Source of the DNA: Anaerolineae bacterium
GTDB taxonomy: Bacteria; Chloroflexota; Anaerolineae; S140-20
DNA length: 34,252 bases
NCBI GenBank assembly: GCA_027021705.1
Contig: JALUTT010000100.1
Coordinates: 1 to 34,252 of the forward strand
Reading direction: 5' to 3'
The translations under genes were made by a program, and so were the position numbers. Below are positions 9,001 through 17,150 of this stretch, one piece after another. The notes below the pieces were generated by a model. It was not told where the DNA came from and did no database searches. It saw only the letters and a program-made list of their open reading frames with translations. The stretch's first letter is position 1, and the number at the start of each line of letters is the position of its first letter.

Positions 9001-12000
9001 CGTCCTGCCCCACCGCCCGGACGATGTAGCTGCCACCTTTCGGCGGGACGAAGGAGACGGTCCCCCGCCCCTCCCGGTCCGTCGTCAGCGTGGCCGTGGA
9101 GACGGCGGTGTCGGAGAAGGTCCAGGTCCAGTAGAGGCGACCGTGGGGGTCCTCCTCCTGAACGCTGAACCACTCCCGATGGTAGAAGGTGACGGTGAGG
9201 TCGGCCCCCGGATAGGGCTCTCCTTCCCAGTCCACGGTGCGCACATCCACCGTCTGGGGCTCGTTGACCTTCCCCACGTACCGCTCCGGGCGCAGGCCGA
9301 TGTAGAAGCGGCCTTTGTGGACGATGACGGTGGCCTGGTTGGAGACGGTGCGATCGTTGACGTCGGTCACCGTGGCCTCCAGGGTGAAGCGCTGGCTGGT
9401 AGCCTGGTCGGCGATGTCGGCCGGCACCTCGAAGATGAAGCGCCCCTCCTCGTCGGTCACGCCCTCCCCGCTGGCGATCACCTCGCCGAAGCCCTCGAAG
9501 CCGCCCCACCACCAGGGACGGTACTCGTCGCTATCGGTCCAGTCGTAGCGCCCCGGCCCGCTCCAGCGGAAGAAGTAGTTGTCGCTGGTCAGCGTCCACT
9601 GGACGGGGGCATTGGCGACGGGGCCACCGAAGAAGTAGCGGGCCTGGACGACGACCTGGATCGTCTCGCCGTGCAGGTAGGCGTCCTTGTCGGGGGTGAC
9701 GGAGACCTGGAACTCCGGCCGGCGGTACTCGGCCACCCGGAAACCGACGCCCCGCTCGAAGGGCCGCTTCAGGCCGGCCACTCCCTCGGGGACGCGGGCG
9801 TAGAGGTAGTAGTAGCCCAAGGTCGCCTCCTCGTCCAGGACGAACTCCCCGTGGAAGGTGCCCATTGCACTGAGGGAGAGGGTATCGGAGTAAACCACCT
9901 TCCCCTCATCGTCGCGGATGGTGACGGGCAGTTCTCGGAGCGGCGGCAGGCTGTAGCGGGCGTCGTCGTCCTGACGGACGATCCCTTTGAAGTAGACGGT
10001 CTGGCCGGGCCGGTAGATGGGCCGATCGGTGTAGAGGTAGAGGCTGAAGGGGGCCGGGTCGAACTCGCTGCGCATGTTGAAATCCCAAGGTGCGATGCCG
10101 TCCGACCACTGGCTGAAGGCCACGGCCAGGTGCCCCTCCGGCTTGGCGACGGCGTAGTAGGCCCCCCAGAGGTTCAGCGCCTCGTCGAAGCGGGCCCGGA
10201 AGACGCCCTCGGCGTCGGTCTGCCCCTGAGCCAGGGACCTCATGCCGGCGTCGTAGAAGGTGATGGGCAGGCCGGCGATAGGCTGCCCGGTCTGCAGGTC
10301 GGTGGCCCAGACGAGGACCTCCCGCCGGCTCATCTTGAGGGTGAGTTGGGCGTCGGCGACGACGATGAGGTGACGCCGCTGACCGTAGTAGCTCCTGCTG
10401 CGGCGGGTCTCCGGCGTGCTGAGCTCCAGGAAGTAGAAACCGGGGGGGAGAGGTCCTCCCTCGGGACCGGCCAGGCGGGCCCGGTGGAAAGCGGTCTCGT
10501 TGAGGGCGGCCTCCGGCTCCACCGACCACTGCCGCACCAATTCCGCGCTCTCCTCCGGGCGGAACTTCTCCCAGGCGTCCCAGGAGCGAGGGCCCGTCAA
10601 CCGCTGGAACTGGGCCAAGGTGAGCCGATAGAGGGAGAAATCCAGACGGGAGACGTTGCGGTAAACGGCGAAGAGGTCGGTGCTCTCGGCGTAAGCGCTG
10701 TAGACACCCACCTGACCGGGAACGCGCAGGTAGGCCTGAGACGACAGCGCCCGAGTACGGTAGCGGATGACCAGCTCCTGCTCGGTGGTGTTGCCGTAGG
10801 GGTCGGCGATCCCCGGCGCGATCCGCACCTCGTAGTCGGTGGAGGGCAGGGCGTCGAAGCCGATGTAGAAGCTGGTGTCGTAGCGGTTCCAGTAGGTGTA
10901 GACCTCGGTGGGCGCCGGCAGGATGGTGACGTGCCGCATCACCGTCTCCGGGCGGATGGGCGCGTCGAAGTAGATGGTGAACCCTTGCCCCGGCCCCACG
11001 TTCTGGTCCCCGTCTTCGGGATCGGTTCCGATGATGCGGGGAGGTGGCACGGTCATAAAGCCCCAGGTGTAGGGCTCGGCGAGCGTCGCCCCGGCGCCCG
11101 CCGCCCTCGCCTCCTGGCCCACCTCGGCGCTCAGGAACTCCCCCAGAGGCAACAGCGAGGAGGGCACAAAACCCATCTCCGTCCCATCCTCGTTCCAGCG
11201 GAAGCTGCCGGGGATGGGGATGCCATCGGTGGCGAAGAGCCGAAAGGCCGCCTCGGTGCTGGCCCGGTCCATCGGCTGATTGAAGGTGACGCTGATCACC
11301 GTCGTGAGGGAAACGTTGTAAGCCCCATCGGCGGGATAGGTGCCGAGAACGCGGGGCTGCTCGGTGGTGAAGGTCCAGGTGTAGTCGTCGGCCAGCTCCC
11401 CGCCCGTGGTGTCCTCCAGGCCGGCCGGGACGCGGACCTGGTAGGTCTGGCCGGGGGCCAGCCGGTCGGGGTAGAAGGTGTAGATAGACGTGTTGATCCA
11501 CTCGCCGTGACCGCTGACGGGCGGGTCAATCTCCAGCGGCTGAGGGAGGTTCGCCTGCTCCTCGACACCGACCAGGGGGACGACAGGCCGGTTGAAGAAG
11601 ACGGTGATGACGCTGTCCGTCGCCACGTCCTGGGTGCCGGGAGCGGGGATCACCTGGCTGACCTCCAGGTAGCCGACGGTCTGGAAGGTGAACTGGACGG
11701 GGCGGGCCAAGGGGAGCCCCGCCTTGCTCCGGGCTTCCTGCCCCACGCTCACCCGATAGCGCTGGGCTCGCTTGAGCCGGCTTGTGGGCTTGAACTGGAC
11801 GGTCCGGTCGTCCAGCCAGACCAGCTTGCCCTCCACGGCCGGCTGGATGCGGATCGCTTTCTCCACGGAAACCCGATCCATCGGCTGGTCGAAGTAGAGG
11901 GTGATGGGGCCATCCAGCCGGCCCTCCTCACCCCGGTCAGGGGTATACTCGACGACGATGGGGTTGGTGGGAGGGAGCGGGGTGGGGGTGGGGCCGGGCG

Positions 12001-12175
12001 ATGTGGGCGTTGGCGTCGGCAAGAAGACCCGAGGGGTCGCCTTCTCCGGCGAGGGCGTGGCGGAAGGGATCCGGCGTCCCAGGTTGCAGGCCAGCGTCGC
12101 GCCAACCAGCAGGAGCGCGGCGACGATCGGGAAAGACCAGCGAGTCCATCCGGCGTCATCCGATGGCGACTTCAT
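6098..12175 (-). CDS. Bacterial alpha-2-macroglobulin family lipoprotein with N-terminal Ig-like (Big_5-type) domains
   Basis: Lipobox-like TLAC, Pro/Thr linker, FDQPMDR/FNQPMDR Ig repeats, YTDRPIYRPGQTV, EYRRPEF, FPDTAYW, LPDSLTTWR, thioester motif YPYECTEQ, EDPLPAGAE, YEMYFPEVFGR. Start ATG 12175 follows GGAGGT. Confidence 0.95.
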   Translation of the reverse strand: MKSPSDDAGWTRWSFPIVAALLLVGATLACNLGRRIPSATPSPEKATPRVFLPTPTPTSPGPTPTPLPPTNPIVVEYTPDRGEEGRLDGPITLYFDQPMDRVSVEKAIRIQPAVEGKLVWLDDRTVQFKPTSRLKRAQRYRVSVGQEARSKAGLPLARPVQFTFQTVGYLEVSQVIPAPGTQDVATDSVITVFFNRPVVPLVGVEEQANLPQPLEIDPPVSGHGEWINTSIYTFYPDRLAPGQTYQVRVPAGLEDTTGGELADDYTWTFTTEQPRVLGTYPADGAYNVSLTTVISVTFNQPMDRASTEAAFRLFATDGIPIPGSFRWNEDGTEMGFVPSSLLPLGEFLSAEVGQEARAAGAGATLAEPYTWGFMTVPPPRIIGTDPEDGDQNVGPGQGFTIYFDAPIRPETVMRHVTILPAPTEVYTYWNRYDTSFYIGFDALPSTDYEVRIAPGIADPYGNTTEQELVIRYRTRALSSQAYLRVPGQVGVYSAYAESTDLFAVYRNVSRLDFSLYRLTLAQFQRLTGPRSWDAWEKFRPEESAELVRQWSVEPEAALNETAFHRARLAGPEGGPLPPGFYFLELSTPETRRSRSYYGQRRHLIVVADAQLTLKMSRREVLVWATDLQTGQPIAGLPITFYDAGMRSLAQGQTDAEGVFRARFDEALNLWGAYYAVAKPEGHLAVAFSQWSDGIAPWDFNMRSEFDPAPFSLYLYTDRPIYRPGQTVYFKGIVRQDDDARYSLPPLRELPVTIRDDEGKVVYSDTLSLSAMGTFHGEFVLDEEATLGYYYLYARVPEGVAGLKRPFERGVGFRVAEYRRPEFQVSVTPDKDAYLHGETIQVVVQARYFFGGPVANAPVQWTLTSDNYFFRWSGPGRYDWTDSDEYRPWWWGGFEGFGEVIASGEGVTDEEGRFIFEVPADIADQATSQRFTLEATVTDVNDRTVSNQATVIVHKGRFYIGLRPERYVGKVNEPQTVDVRTVDWEGEPYPGADLTVTFYHREWFSVQEEDPHGRLYWTWTFSDTAVSTATLTTDREGRGTVSFVPPKGGSYIVRAVGQDEAGNTVRSSTFLWVSSSTYIAWRQENNDRIELVTDKTSYRPGETAEILIPSPYQGAVQALFTVERGHILEYQVLTLESNSQVLRLPIRPEHAPNVYVSVVLVKGVDETNPVPSFKVGYATFTVSPEQQELTITLTPDREVYGPRERATFTIQATDYRGQAVTAEISLALVDLSVLTLADPNAPPITDHFYGERGLGVRTATGLTLSGDRVTEQVITEVKGGGGGGQAGAGFIRRRFPDTAYWAPAVLTDDEGRAQVQVDLPDSLTTWRLLAKGVTAETLVGEAQVEIVTTKELLIRPITPRFFVVGDRAQVGAIVHNNTDRDLTVDVALTATGVDLESPATQTVEVPAHGKARVDWTVTVPSRPGEEQFADLTFSARGGGLSDASKPTLGIPPDQVLPIYKYTAPETVGTAGTIEEAEARLELIALPRRIEVTQGELTLRLDPSLAAGMTEGLRYLEHYPYECTEQTVSRFLPNVLTYQALKELGLVRPDLEAKLQTLVRVGLQRLYSQQHADGGWGWWSRDQSDPVTTAYALLGMAKARDAGFSVDTFAIFRAVRFLREQLQPPKALTKEYQLNRQAFLLYVLAEVGRVQGEPAGDLGRTVALYEVRDRLDHYGKALLALALHLQDPEGQAERVQTLLADLNNAAIVEATGAHWEEADRDWWNWNTDTRSTAIILDALARLDPENGLAPNVVRWLMVARQDGHWETTQETAWALIALTDWMAATGELQADYAWGVQLNGRVLETGTFDRETVLDEKVLQVAVADLFRDEANRLVIEKGPGPGRLYYTAHLRAFLPVEEVQPLDRGIIVRRQYCRPPEPGRQETGKCELVTTARVGDLLQVQLTLIAPRDLYYVVVEDPLPAGAEAVDTSLKTSSVVGQAPELRRVDPRDPFAGYGGWGWWWFSQTELRDEKVVLFATRLPKGTYQYTYQIQLGLAGEYRVIPPTAYEMYFPEVFGRGAGMVFTIER

Positions 12176-12221
12176 GGGCGACCTCCGACCGGGCATCACG
12201 GGCACGCTTTCTACGGCCTAG

Positions 12222-12342
12222 GTAACTGCTCACCCTCCCGCAGGTTAGGCGCATTTCCGACGCGAAACCATGCTTCCAATAGCCCATCGGGGCTGAAAGC
12301 ACCCTCGATCGGTAACCTGCGGGAGGGTAGGCTGATAGATAC
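12222..12342. mobile_element. ~121-bp structured MITE-like element, copy 1
   Basis: Imperfect termini GTAACTGCTCA...TGATAGATAC; perfect 16-bp inner IR ACCCTCCCGCAGGTTA/TAACCTGCGGGAGGGT; flanked by CGGCCTAG/CAGCCTAG (7 of 8 match, TSD-like). Confidence 0.6.
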
Positions 12343-12354
12343 CAGCCTAGATAG

Positions 12355-12383
12355 ATTATAGACCAAAAGGGGCGGGAACGCAA
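12355..12383 (-). promoter_or_regulatory. Sigma70-type promoter for the A2M operon
   Basis: Minus strand: TTGCGT - 17 nt - TATAAT. Confidence 0.75.
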
Positions 12384-12436
12384 TGGGTGAGGAGGCAACG
12401 AAAAGCCGACGGGTCCCTGCCGCTGCCCCCCAGGGG

Positions 12437-12465
12437 TTGCGCAATCGGCCAATTTGTGGGACAAT
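12437..12465 (+). promoter_or_regulatory. Sigma70-type promoter for the 12655 ORF
   Basis: TTGCGC - 17 nt - GACAAT, with a TGn extended -10. Confidence 0.55.
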
Positions 12466-12514
12466 ATAAGCCGATGCCGGTCCTCTCAAGATCGTCTGGC
12501 AACGGCGCGGTAAG

Positions 12515-12636
12515 CTTACTGTTCACCCTCCCGCAGGTTAGGCACGTTTCCGACGCGAAACCGTGCTTCAAATAGCCCATCGGGGCTGAAAACACCCTCG
12601 ACCGGTGACCTGCGGGAGGGTAGGCTGAACAGATAC
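12515..12636. mobile_element. ~122-bp structured MITE-like element, copy 2 (direct repeat of copy 1)
   Basis: Differs from copy 1 by about 11 substitutions and 1 indel (hand alignment); same long IR and three internal hairpins; no clean TSD. Confidence 0.55.
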
Positions 12637-12654
12637 GCTCAAGGGGGGAAAATC

Positions 12655-12945
12655 ATGAGCGAGTCCTTGATGGACCCCGGCAAAGCCCGCTGGCTGTTGG
12701 AGGGGGGCAGCGCTCAACTCTCCGATGGGGAACGGGCGCTGCTGCTGGCCCTGGCCCGCTTGGAGGAAGAGATGGGCCGCCCGGTGACCCCGGAGGAGCG
12801 GGCAGCACTGGAGAAGCTGGCCGCCGAGGCCCACGCCTTCGACCCCACCGAGATCGCCAAGGCGGTGGACCAAATGGTCTCGGCCCAGCCCCAGAAAGAG
12901 CGCCAGTTGGATTGGTCCGAACTGCGCAAACGGTGGAAACGATAG
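12655..12945 (+). CDS. Hypothetical helical protein (96 aa)
   Basis: Purine-rich RBS AAGGGGGG, G/C-rich third codon positions, promoter upstream. Confidence 0.75.
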   Translation: MSESLMDPGKARWLLEGGSAQLSDGERALLLALARLEEEMGRPVTPEERAALEKLAAEAHAFDPTEIAKAVDQMVSAQPQKERQLDWSELRKRWKR

Positions 12946-12962
12946 TCCACCGGGCCTTGGCC

Positions 12963-13508
12963 TCACGCTCGTTCCAGCACCATCTCCCATTCCATATCAA
13001 TCACGACCACCAGGGCCACCAGCAATAGGGGGGCTTGCTGGAGGACCGGTGCCTCGGTCTCGATCCAGTAGTGGTAGCCGCTGGTGGGGCGAAGGATCTC
13101 CCCCACCACGGCCCCATCCTGAAGCCGGTGGATGCTGTAGAAGTGCTGACCATAGCGGCTGCCGTGGGCCAGGTAGATGCGGGGTCCTAGCTCAACGTAG
13201 TAGTGGGGAAGCCGGAGCAACGCCTCGTCTACGAAGGGCCACTCGCGGCGGATGACGTAGTCGGGTCCCGTCGTCCCTGCCATCCGCAGCAGATAGGTGC
13301 GCTCAAAGATCCAGGGGTTTTCCTCAAGGGCCGAGAGTTGGGCGATGGCGCTCCCCGCCGGGTCCAGAAAGCGCACACGGTAGGTGGGGAGAGGCAGGCG
13401 GGCATCCAACCGCTCTGCCTGATAGCGAAGGCGCCCCGTTCCGTTGTAAATCTGGTAGCGATAAGCTTCCTCAGCGCTGAAGGTCAACTTGTGGATTCCG
13501 TATCCCAT
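12963..13508 (-). CDS. Hypothetical beta-rich protein, possibly LURP-one/scramblase (Tubby C-terminal)-like
   Basis: Start ATG 13508 after GGAGGT. Alternating beta-strand pattern ending in a hydrophobic helix PLLLVALVVVIDM, typical of that fold (inference). Confidence 0.6.
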   Translation of the reverse strand: MGYGIHKLTFSAEEAYRYQIYNGTGRLRYQAERLDARLPLPTYRVRFLDPAGSAIAQLSALEENPWIFERTYLLRMAGTTGPDYVIRREWPFVDEALLRLPHYYVELGPRIYLAHGSRYGQHFYSIHRLQDGAVVGEILRPTSGYHYWIETEAPVLQQAPLLLVALVVVIDMEWEMVLERA

Positions 13509-13721
13509 AAGCCGCCACCTCCCTAGAGCCCGGCTGTGGGGCTTGGGCCAGACCGGCAACACCCGGCGCCGGTCGTCGAACGACGGTCGTGGGAACCCGC
13601 ACAGCCCGAAACCAACTCCCTGCTTGCCAGGTTGCTCGGAACACGTCGGGTGAATCCTGCCCCATCCTACCGGATTTCCACCGCCATCGCTATGATGAAT
13701 CTCTCACTGTGGGGAACAGCT

Positions 13722-14072
13722 ATGTACCCGGAGAGCGAAATCCTCTTCCCGGCTCGTTGCATTCCCGGCCTGCGGGACCTGCGCGGTCCCGCCTGGACCG
13801 AGTTGGTGGACCGGATCACCGGCTTGCCCGAGGACCACGAAGAGACGCTGGCCTTCTCGCTGATGATGATCCACCTGGCCGGCTGCCTCACCTGCAACCT
13901 GGACAGCTACCGGGCCTCGCTGGGCTGCGCCACCTGTTCTCGGCGCACCATCCTCGGCTTCAAAGGGGATGACGAGGCCCTCCTGGAGCAGTTTGAGAAG
14001 GCCCGACAGGAGGTGTCGGCCTACCTGGCCACCTCAGGCCGCACCGAGGTCTCCGCCTCCCGTCGGGCGTGA
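13722..14072 (+). CDS. Small hypothetical protein with CxxC-x10-CxxC
   Basis: MYPESEILFP...LAFSLMMIHLAGCLTCNLDSYRASLGCATCSRR. Start moved from track 13536 to ATG 13722 after GGGGA. Confidence 0.75.
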   Translation: MYPESEILFPARCIPGLRDLRGPAWTELVDRITGLPEDHEETLAFSLMMIHLAGCLTCNLDSYRASLGCATCSRRTILGFKGDDEALLEQFEKARQEVSAYLATSGRTEVSASRRA

Positions 14073-15913
14073 TGGGTAGGCTGGCGACTATGCGCCGTCG
14101 TCTCTGGGCACTGATCCTGGGGCTCCTGCTCCTGCTCGGCGGGCTGTGGGGAGCAAGCCGACCGTCCGCCCCCCTCTCCCTCCGCTCCCTGCCCGACCGG
14201 GTGGACCAGACCCTCTTCCGCTGGACGGGGGAGGAGGCGTGGCTGCCCCAGCTTCGGGGGCTCTTCCAGTTGGCCGCCAACGTCACCCGCCCCCAGCCCC
14301 ACACGGCCGATTTCGCCCCGGTCGCCCACGCCGGCGTCAACCCCTTCGGCATCAACACCTTCCTGGAGCAGGAGGTCGAGCCCTGGAAGCGGGAGCGCGT
14401 GGTCCAGATGATCGCCCAGGCCGGCTTCCACTGGATCCGCCAGGAGTTCCCCTGGGAAGACATCGAGATCCACGGCAAGGGGGACTTCGAGGACCGGCGG
14501 CACGAGCCCTACCGCTCCGCCTGGGAGAAGTACGACCAGATCGTGGACCTGGCGGAGCGCTACGGCCTGGAGATCATCGCCCGGCTGAGCAACCCACCGG
14601 CCTGGAGCCGCGCCCAGGGGGATGCCCTGGGACCTTACGCTCCTCCCGACGACATCGCCGACTACGGCGACTTCGTCTACGCCGTCGTCTCCCGTTACCG
14701 GGGCCGCATCCGCTACTACCAGCTCTGGAACGAGCCCAACATCTACCCCGAGTGGGGCAACCAGCCTGTGGACCCGGTGGGCTACACCCGTCTCCTCTGC
14801 GAGGGCTACCGCCGGGCCAAGGAGGCCGACCCCCAGGTGGTGATCCTCAGCGGGGCGCTGGCCCCCACGGCCGAGATGGGAGCGATGAACCCCTGGGGCG
14901 GCAACAACCTGAACGACCTGCTGTTCTTAGAGCAGATGTACCGGGCCGGTGCCGGCGACTGCTTCGACATCCTGGCCGTCAACGACTACATCCTCTGGTC
15001 GGGGCCGACGGACCACCGGATGCGCCCTGTCGTCCTCAACTTCAGCCGGCCCCGCTACCTGCGGGAGATCATGGTCCGCTACGGCGACGCCCACAAGCCC
15101 ATCTGGATCAGCGAGATGAACAGCAACGCCCTCCCCCCGGACCACCCCGCCTACCCGGCTTATGGGCGGGTGACGCTGGAGCAGCAGGCCCGCTATGCCC
15201 CCCTCGCCTACCAGCGGATCCAGGAGGAGTGGCCCTGGGTGGGCGTCGTCAACTTCTGGTTCTTCAAACGCCCCTCCGACGCCGAGCGGGACCAGGCCTG
15301 GTACTACTTCCGCATGGTCGAGCCCGACTTCACTCCTATGCCCGTCTACGAGGCTATGAAGAGCTATGCCACCCGCCCGCCTCTCGTCTACCCCGGCTAC
15401 CACCAGGAAGACCACTGGGCCATCGCCTGGAGCGAGGGCTGGCGGGAGGCGACGGACCCCCAGGCCGTCTTGGGCGGCTACCGAGTGACGGAGGCTGTCG
15501 GCGAGACGGCCCGCTTCACCTTCCGGGGGACAGGGCTCGACCTGGTGGTGGGGACCGGCCCCCAGGGAGGCTCGTTGGCGGTGACGGTGGAGCCGGCGGA
15601 GTCCGACGGGCGGGTGTGGCAGCGTGCCATCGCCCTGGTGAGCGCCGAACCCCGCTTCGGCGTCCTCGTCCCGATCGTCAGCCGTCTCCCGCCCGGGCGC
15701 TACCGGGTTCGGATCACCGCCAACCCCCAGAGCCCAGGCCAAGCCATCGTGGACGGCCTCATCGTCCGCCGGGCACCGGGCCAGACGCTGCTTCCCTTGG
15801 CGGCCCTGCTCCTGGGATTGGGCTGGATGGCACGCATCGGCCTGACGCGCTGGTACCAAGAAGGAGCGACCGATGACGATGAAGCAGAGCATCCTCCAAG
15901 GGCCGGGGCCTGA
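14069..15913 (+). CDS. Membrane-anchored clan GH-A glycoside hydrolase (GH5/GH39-like)
   Basis: N-terminal signal/TM segment, WIRQEFPW, YQLWNEPN (acid/base), PIWISEMN (nucleophile), C-terminal beta-sandwich plus TM. The true start may be 14072 or 14090. Confidence 0.85.
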   Translation: MMGRLATMRRRLWALILGLLLLLGGLWGASRPSAPLSLRSLPDRVDQTLFRWTGEEAWLPQLRGLFQLAANVTRPQPHTADFAPVAHAGVNPFGINTFLEQEVEPWKRERVVQMIAQAGFHWIRQEFPWEDIEIHGKGDFEDRRHEPYRSAWEKYDQIVDLAERYGLEIIARLSNPPAWSRAQGDALGPYAPPDDIADYGDFVYAVVSRYRGRIRYYQLWNEPNIYPEWGNQPVDPVGYTRLLCEGYRRAKEADPQVVILSGALAPTAEMGAMNPWGGNNLNDLLFLEQMYRAGAGDCFDILAVNDYILWSGPTDHRMRPVVLNFSRPRYLREIMVRYGDAHKPIWISEMNSNALPPDHPAYPAYGRVTLEQQARYAPLAYQRIQEEWPWVGVVNFWFFKRPSDAERDQAWYYFRMVEPDFTPMPVYEAMKSYATRPPLVYPGYHQEDHWAIAWSEGWREATDPQAVLGGYRVTEAVGETARFTFRGTGLDLVVGTGPQGGSLAVTVEPAESDGRVWQRAIALVSAEPRFGVLVPIVSRLPPGRYRVRITANPQSPGQAIVDGLIVRRAPGQTLLPLAALLLGLGWMARIGLTRWYQEGATDDDEAEHPPRAGA

Positions 15914-17075
15914 GAGCGCTGCCAAGCGCATCCAGTCCCAACTCGTCGCCCTCTTCGCCCGGCGCTACGGGACCTCGCCCAGCTTCCTCGTGCGAGCGCC
16001 GGGCCGGGTCAACCTGATCGGCGGACACACCGACTACCACGAGGGCTTTGTCCTGCCGGCCGCCCTGGACCGGGCCGTCTGGCTGGCCGCCCGCCCTCGG
16101 CCCGACCGCCAGGTCCACTTCTACGCCGCCGACCTGGACCGGACGCTGGTCTTCGACCTGCGACAGATCGAGCGCGAGGCGATCCCGCCGGCCCTGCGCT
16201 ACCTCCCCGGCGTCGCCTGGGCGCTCCAGGAGCGGGGGCTGGTGCTGGACGGGATGGAGGCGGTGGCGATGGGGAACCTGCCAATGGCGGCCGGCCTCTC
16301 CTCCTCGGCAGCCATCGAGGTGGCCGCCGCCTACGCCTTCCAGCGGATCAGCGGCTTCCACCTTGACCCCCGGGAGATGGCCCTCACCTGCCAGCGGGCG
16401 GAGAGGGAGTTCGTCGGCATGCCCTGCGGCGTGATGGACCAGATGGTCGCCATCCTGGGGAAGGCCGACCACGCCCTCTTCATTGACTGCCGTGACCTGA
16501 CGACGAGGCCGGTCCCGCTGCCCGCCGGCCTGCGCCTGGTCATCGTGGACAGCGGGGTGCAGCGAGAGTTAGTCAACTCCGCCTACGCCACCCGCCAGGC
16601 TGAGGGATTCCAGGCCGCCCGCCACCTGGGGGCCCGCGTCCTGCGGGACGTGACGCCGGAGCAGTTGGAGGCAGCCCGCGACGAACTGCCCCCCCACATC
16701 TACCGCCGGGCCCGTCACGTCATCACCGAGAACCGGCGGGTGCTGGCCATGGTGGAAGCGCTGGAGCGGGGCGACCTGGAGGCGGTGAGGCAGTTGATGA
16801 CCGCCTCTCACGCCAGCCTGCGGGACGACTACGAGGTGAGCTGCCCGGAGTTGGAAGCGTTGATGGAAATCGCGCGGGCGCAGCCGGGGGTAGTCGCCGC
16901 CCGGCTCACGGGGGCCGGTTGGGGGGGCTGCACCGTGAACCTGGTCTGGGAAGAGGCCGTTCCTGCCTTCGTGCCCGCCGTCGTGAGCGCCTACCAGGAG
17001 CGGACGGGCCGGGTTGCCCGCGCCCACATCTGCCGCGCCGCCGACGGCGTGACCCTCTACGCCGCCAGCCGCTAA
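15873..17075 (+). CDS. galK: Galactokinase-family GHMP sugar kinase
   Basis: APGRVNLIGGHTDY, PMAAGLSSSAA, CGVMDQ, SHASLRDDYEVSCPEL, ARLTGAGWGG; RBS AAGGAG. Confidence 0.88.
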   Translation: MTMKQSILQGPGPESAAKRIQSQLVALFARRYGTSPSFLVRAPGRVNLIGGHTDYHEGFVLPAALDRAVWLAARPRPDRQVHFYAADLDRTLVFDLRQIEREAIPPALRYLPGVAWALQERGLVLDGMEAVAMGNLPMAAGLSSSAAIEVAAAYAFQRISGFHLDPREMALTCQRAEREFVGMPCGVMDQMVAILGKADHALFIDCRDLTTRPVPLPAGLRLVIVDSGVQRELVNSAYATRQAEGFQAARHLGARVLRDVTPEQLEAARDELPPHIYRRARHVITENRRVLAMVEALERGDLEAVRQLMTASHASLRDDYEVSCPELEALMEIARAQPGVVAARLTGAGWGGCTVNLVWEEAVPAFVPAVVSAYQERTGRVARAHICRAADGVTLYAASR

Positions 17076-17150
17076 CCACCACGCCGCTACGCCGCTACAT
17101 CGCCGATCGCTAGCCGCCATGCCGCCACGCCGCTGTGTTAAGGAGGTCCA

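Noticed and set aside
4991..12361. Very long plus-strand ORFs 4991..8125 and 8438..12361
   Set aside because: Antisense shadows of the A2M operon, expected from high-GC codon bias; no domain motifs.
12515..12636. tRNA-Sec (selC) or Y RNA, suggested by CTTCAAA and the cloverleaf shape
   Set aside because: CTTCAAA is not closed by an anticodon stem, copy 1 reads CTTCCAA, there is no GTTCRA T-arm or CCA end, and no Ro60 gene is nearby.
12222..12636. Tandem known riboswitch (c-di-GMP, c-di-AMP, glycine, SAM, TPP and others) for the A2M operon
   Set aside because: No consensus matched by eye, and a minus-strand promoter lies between the copies, so they are unlikely to share one leader.
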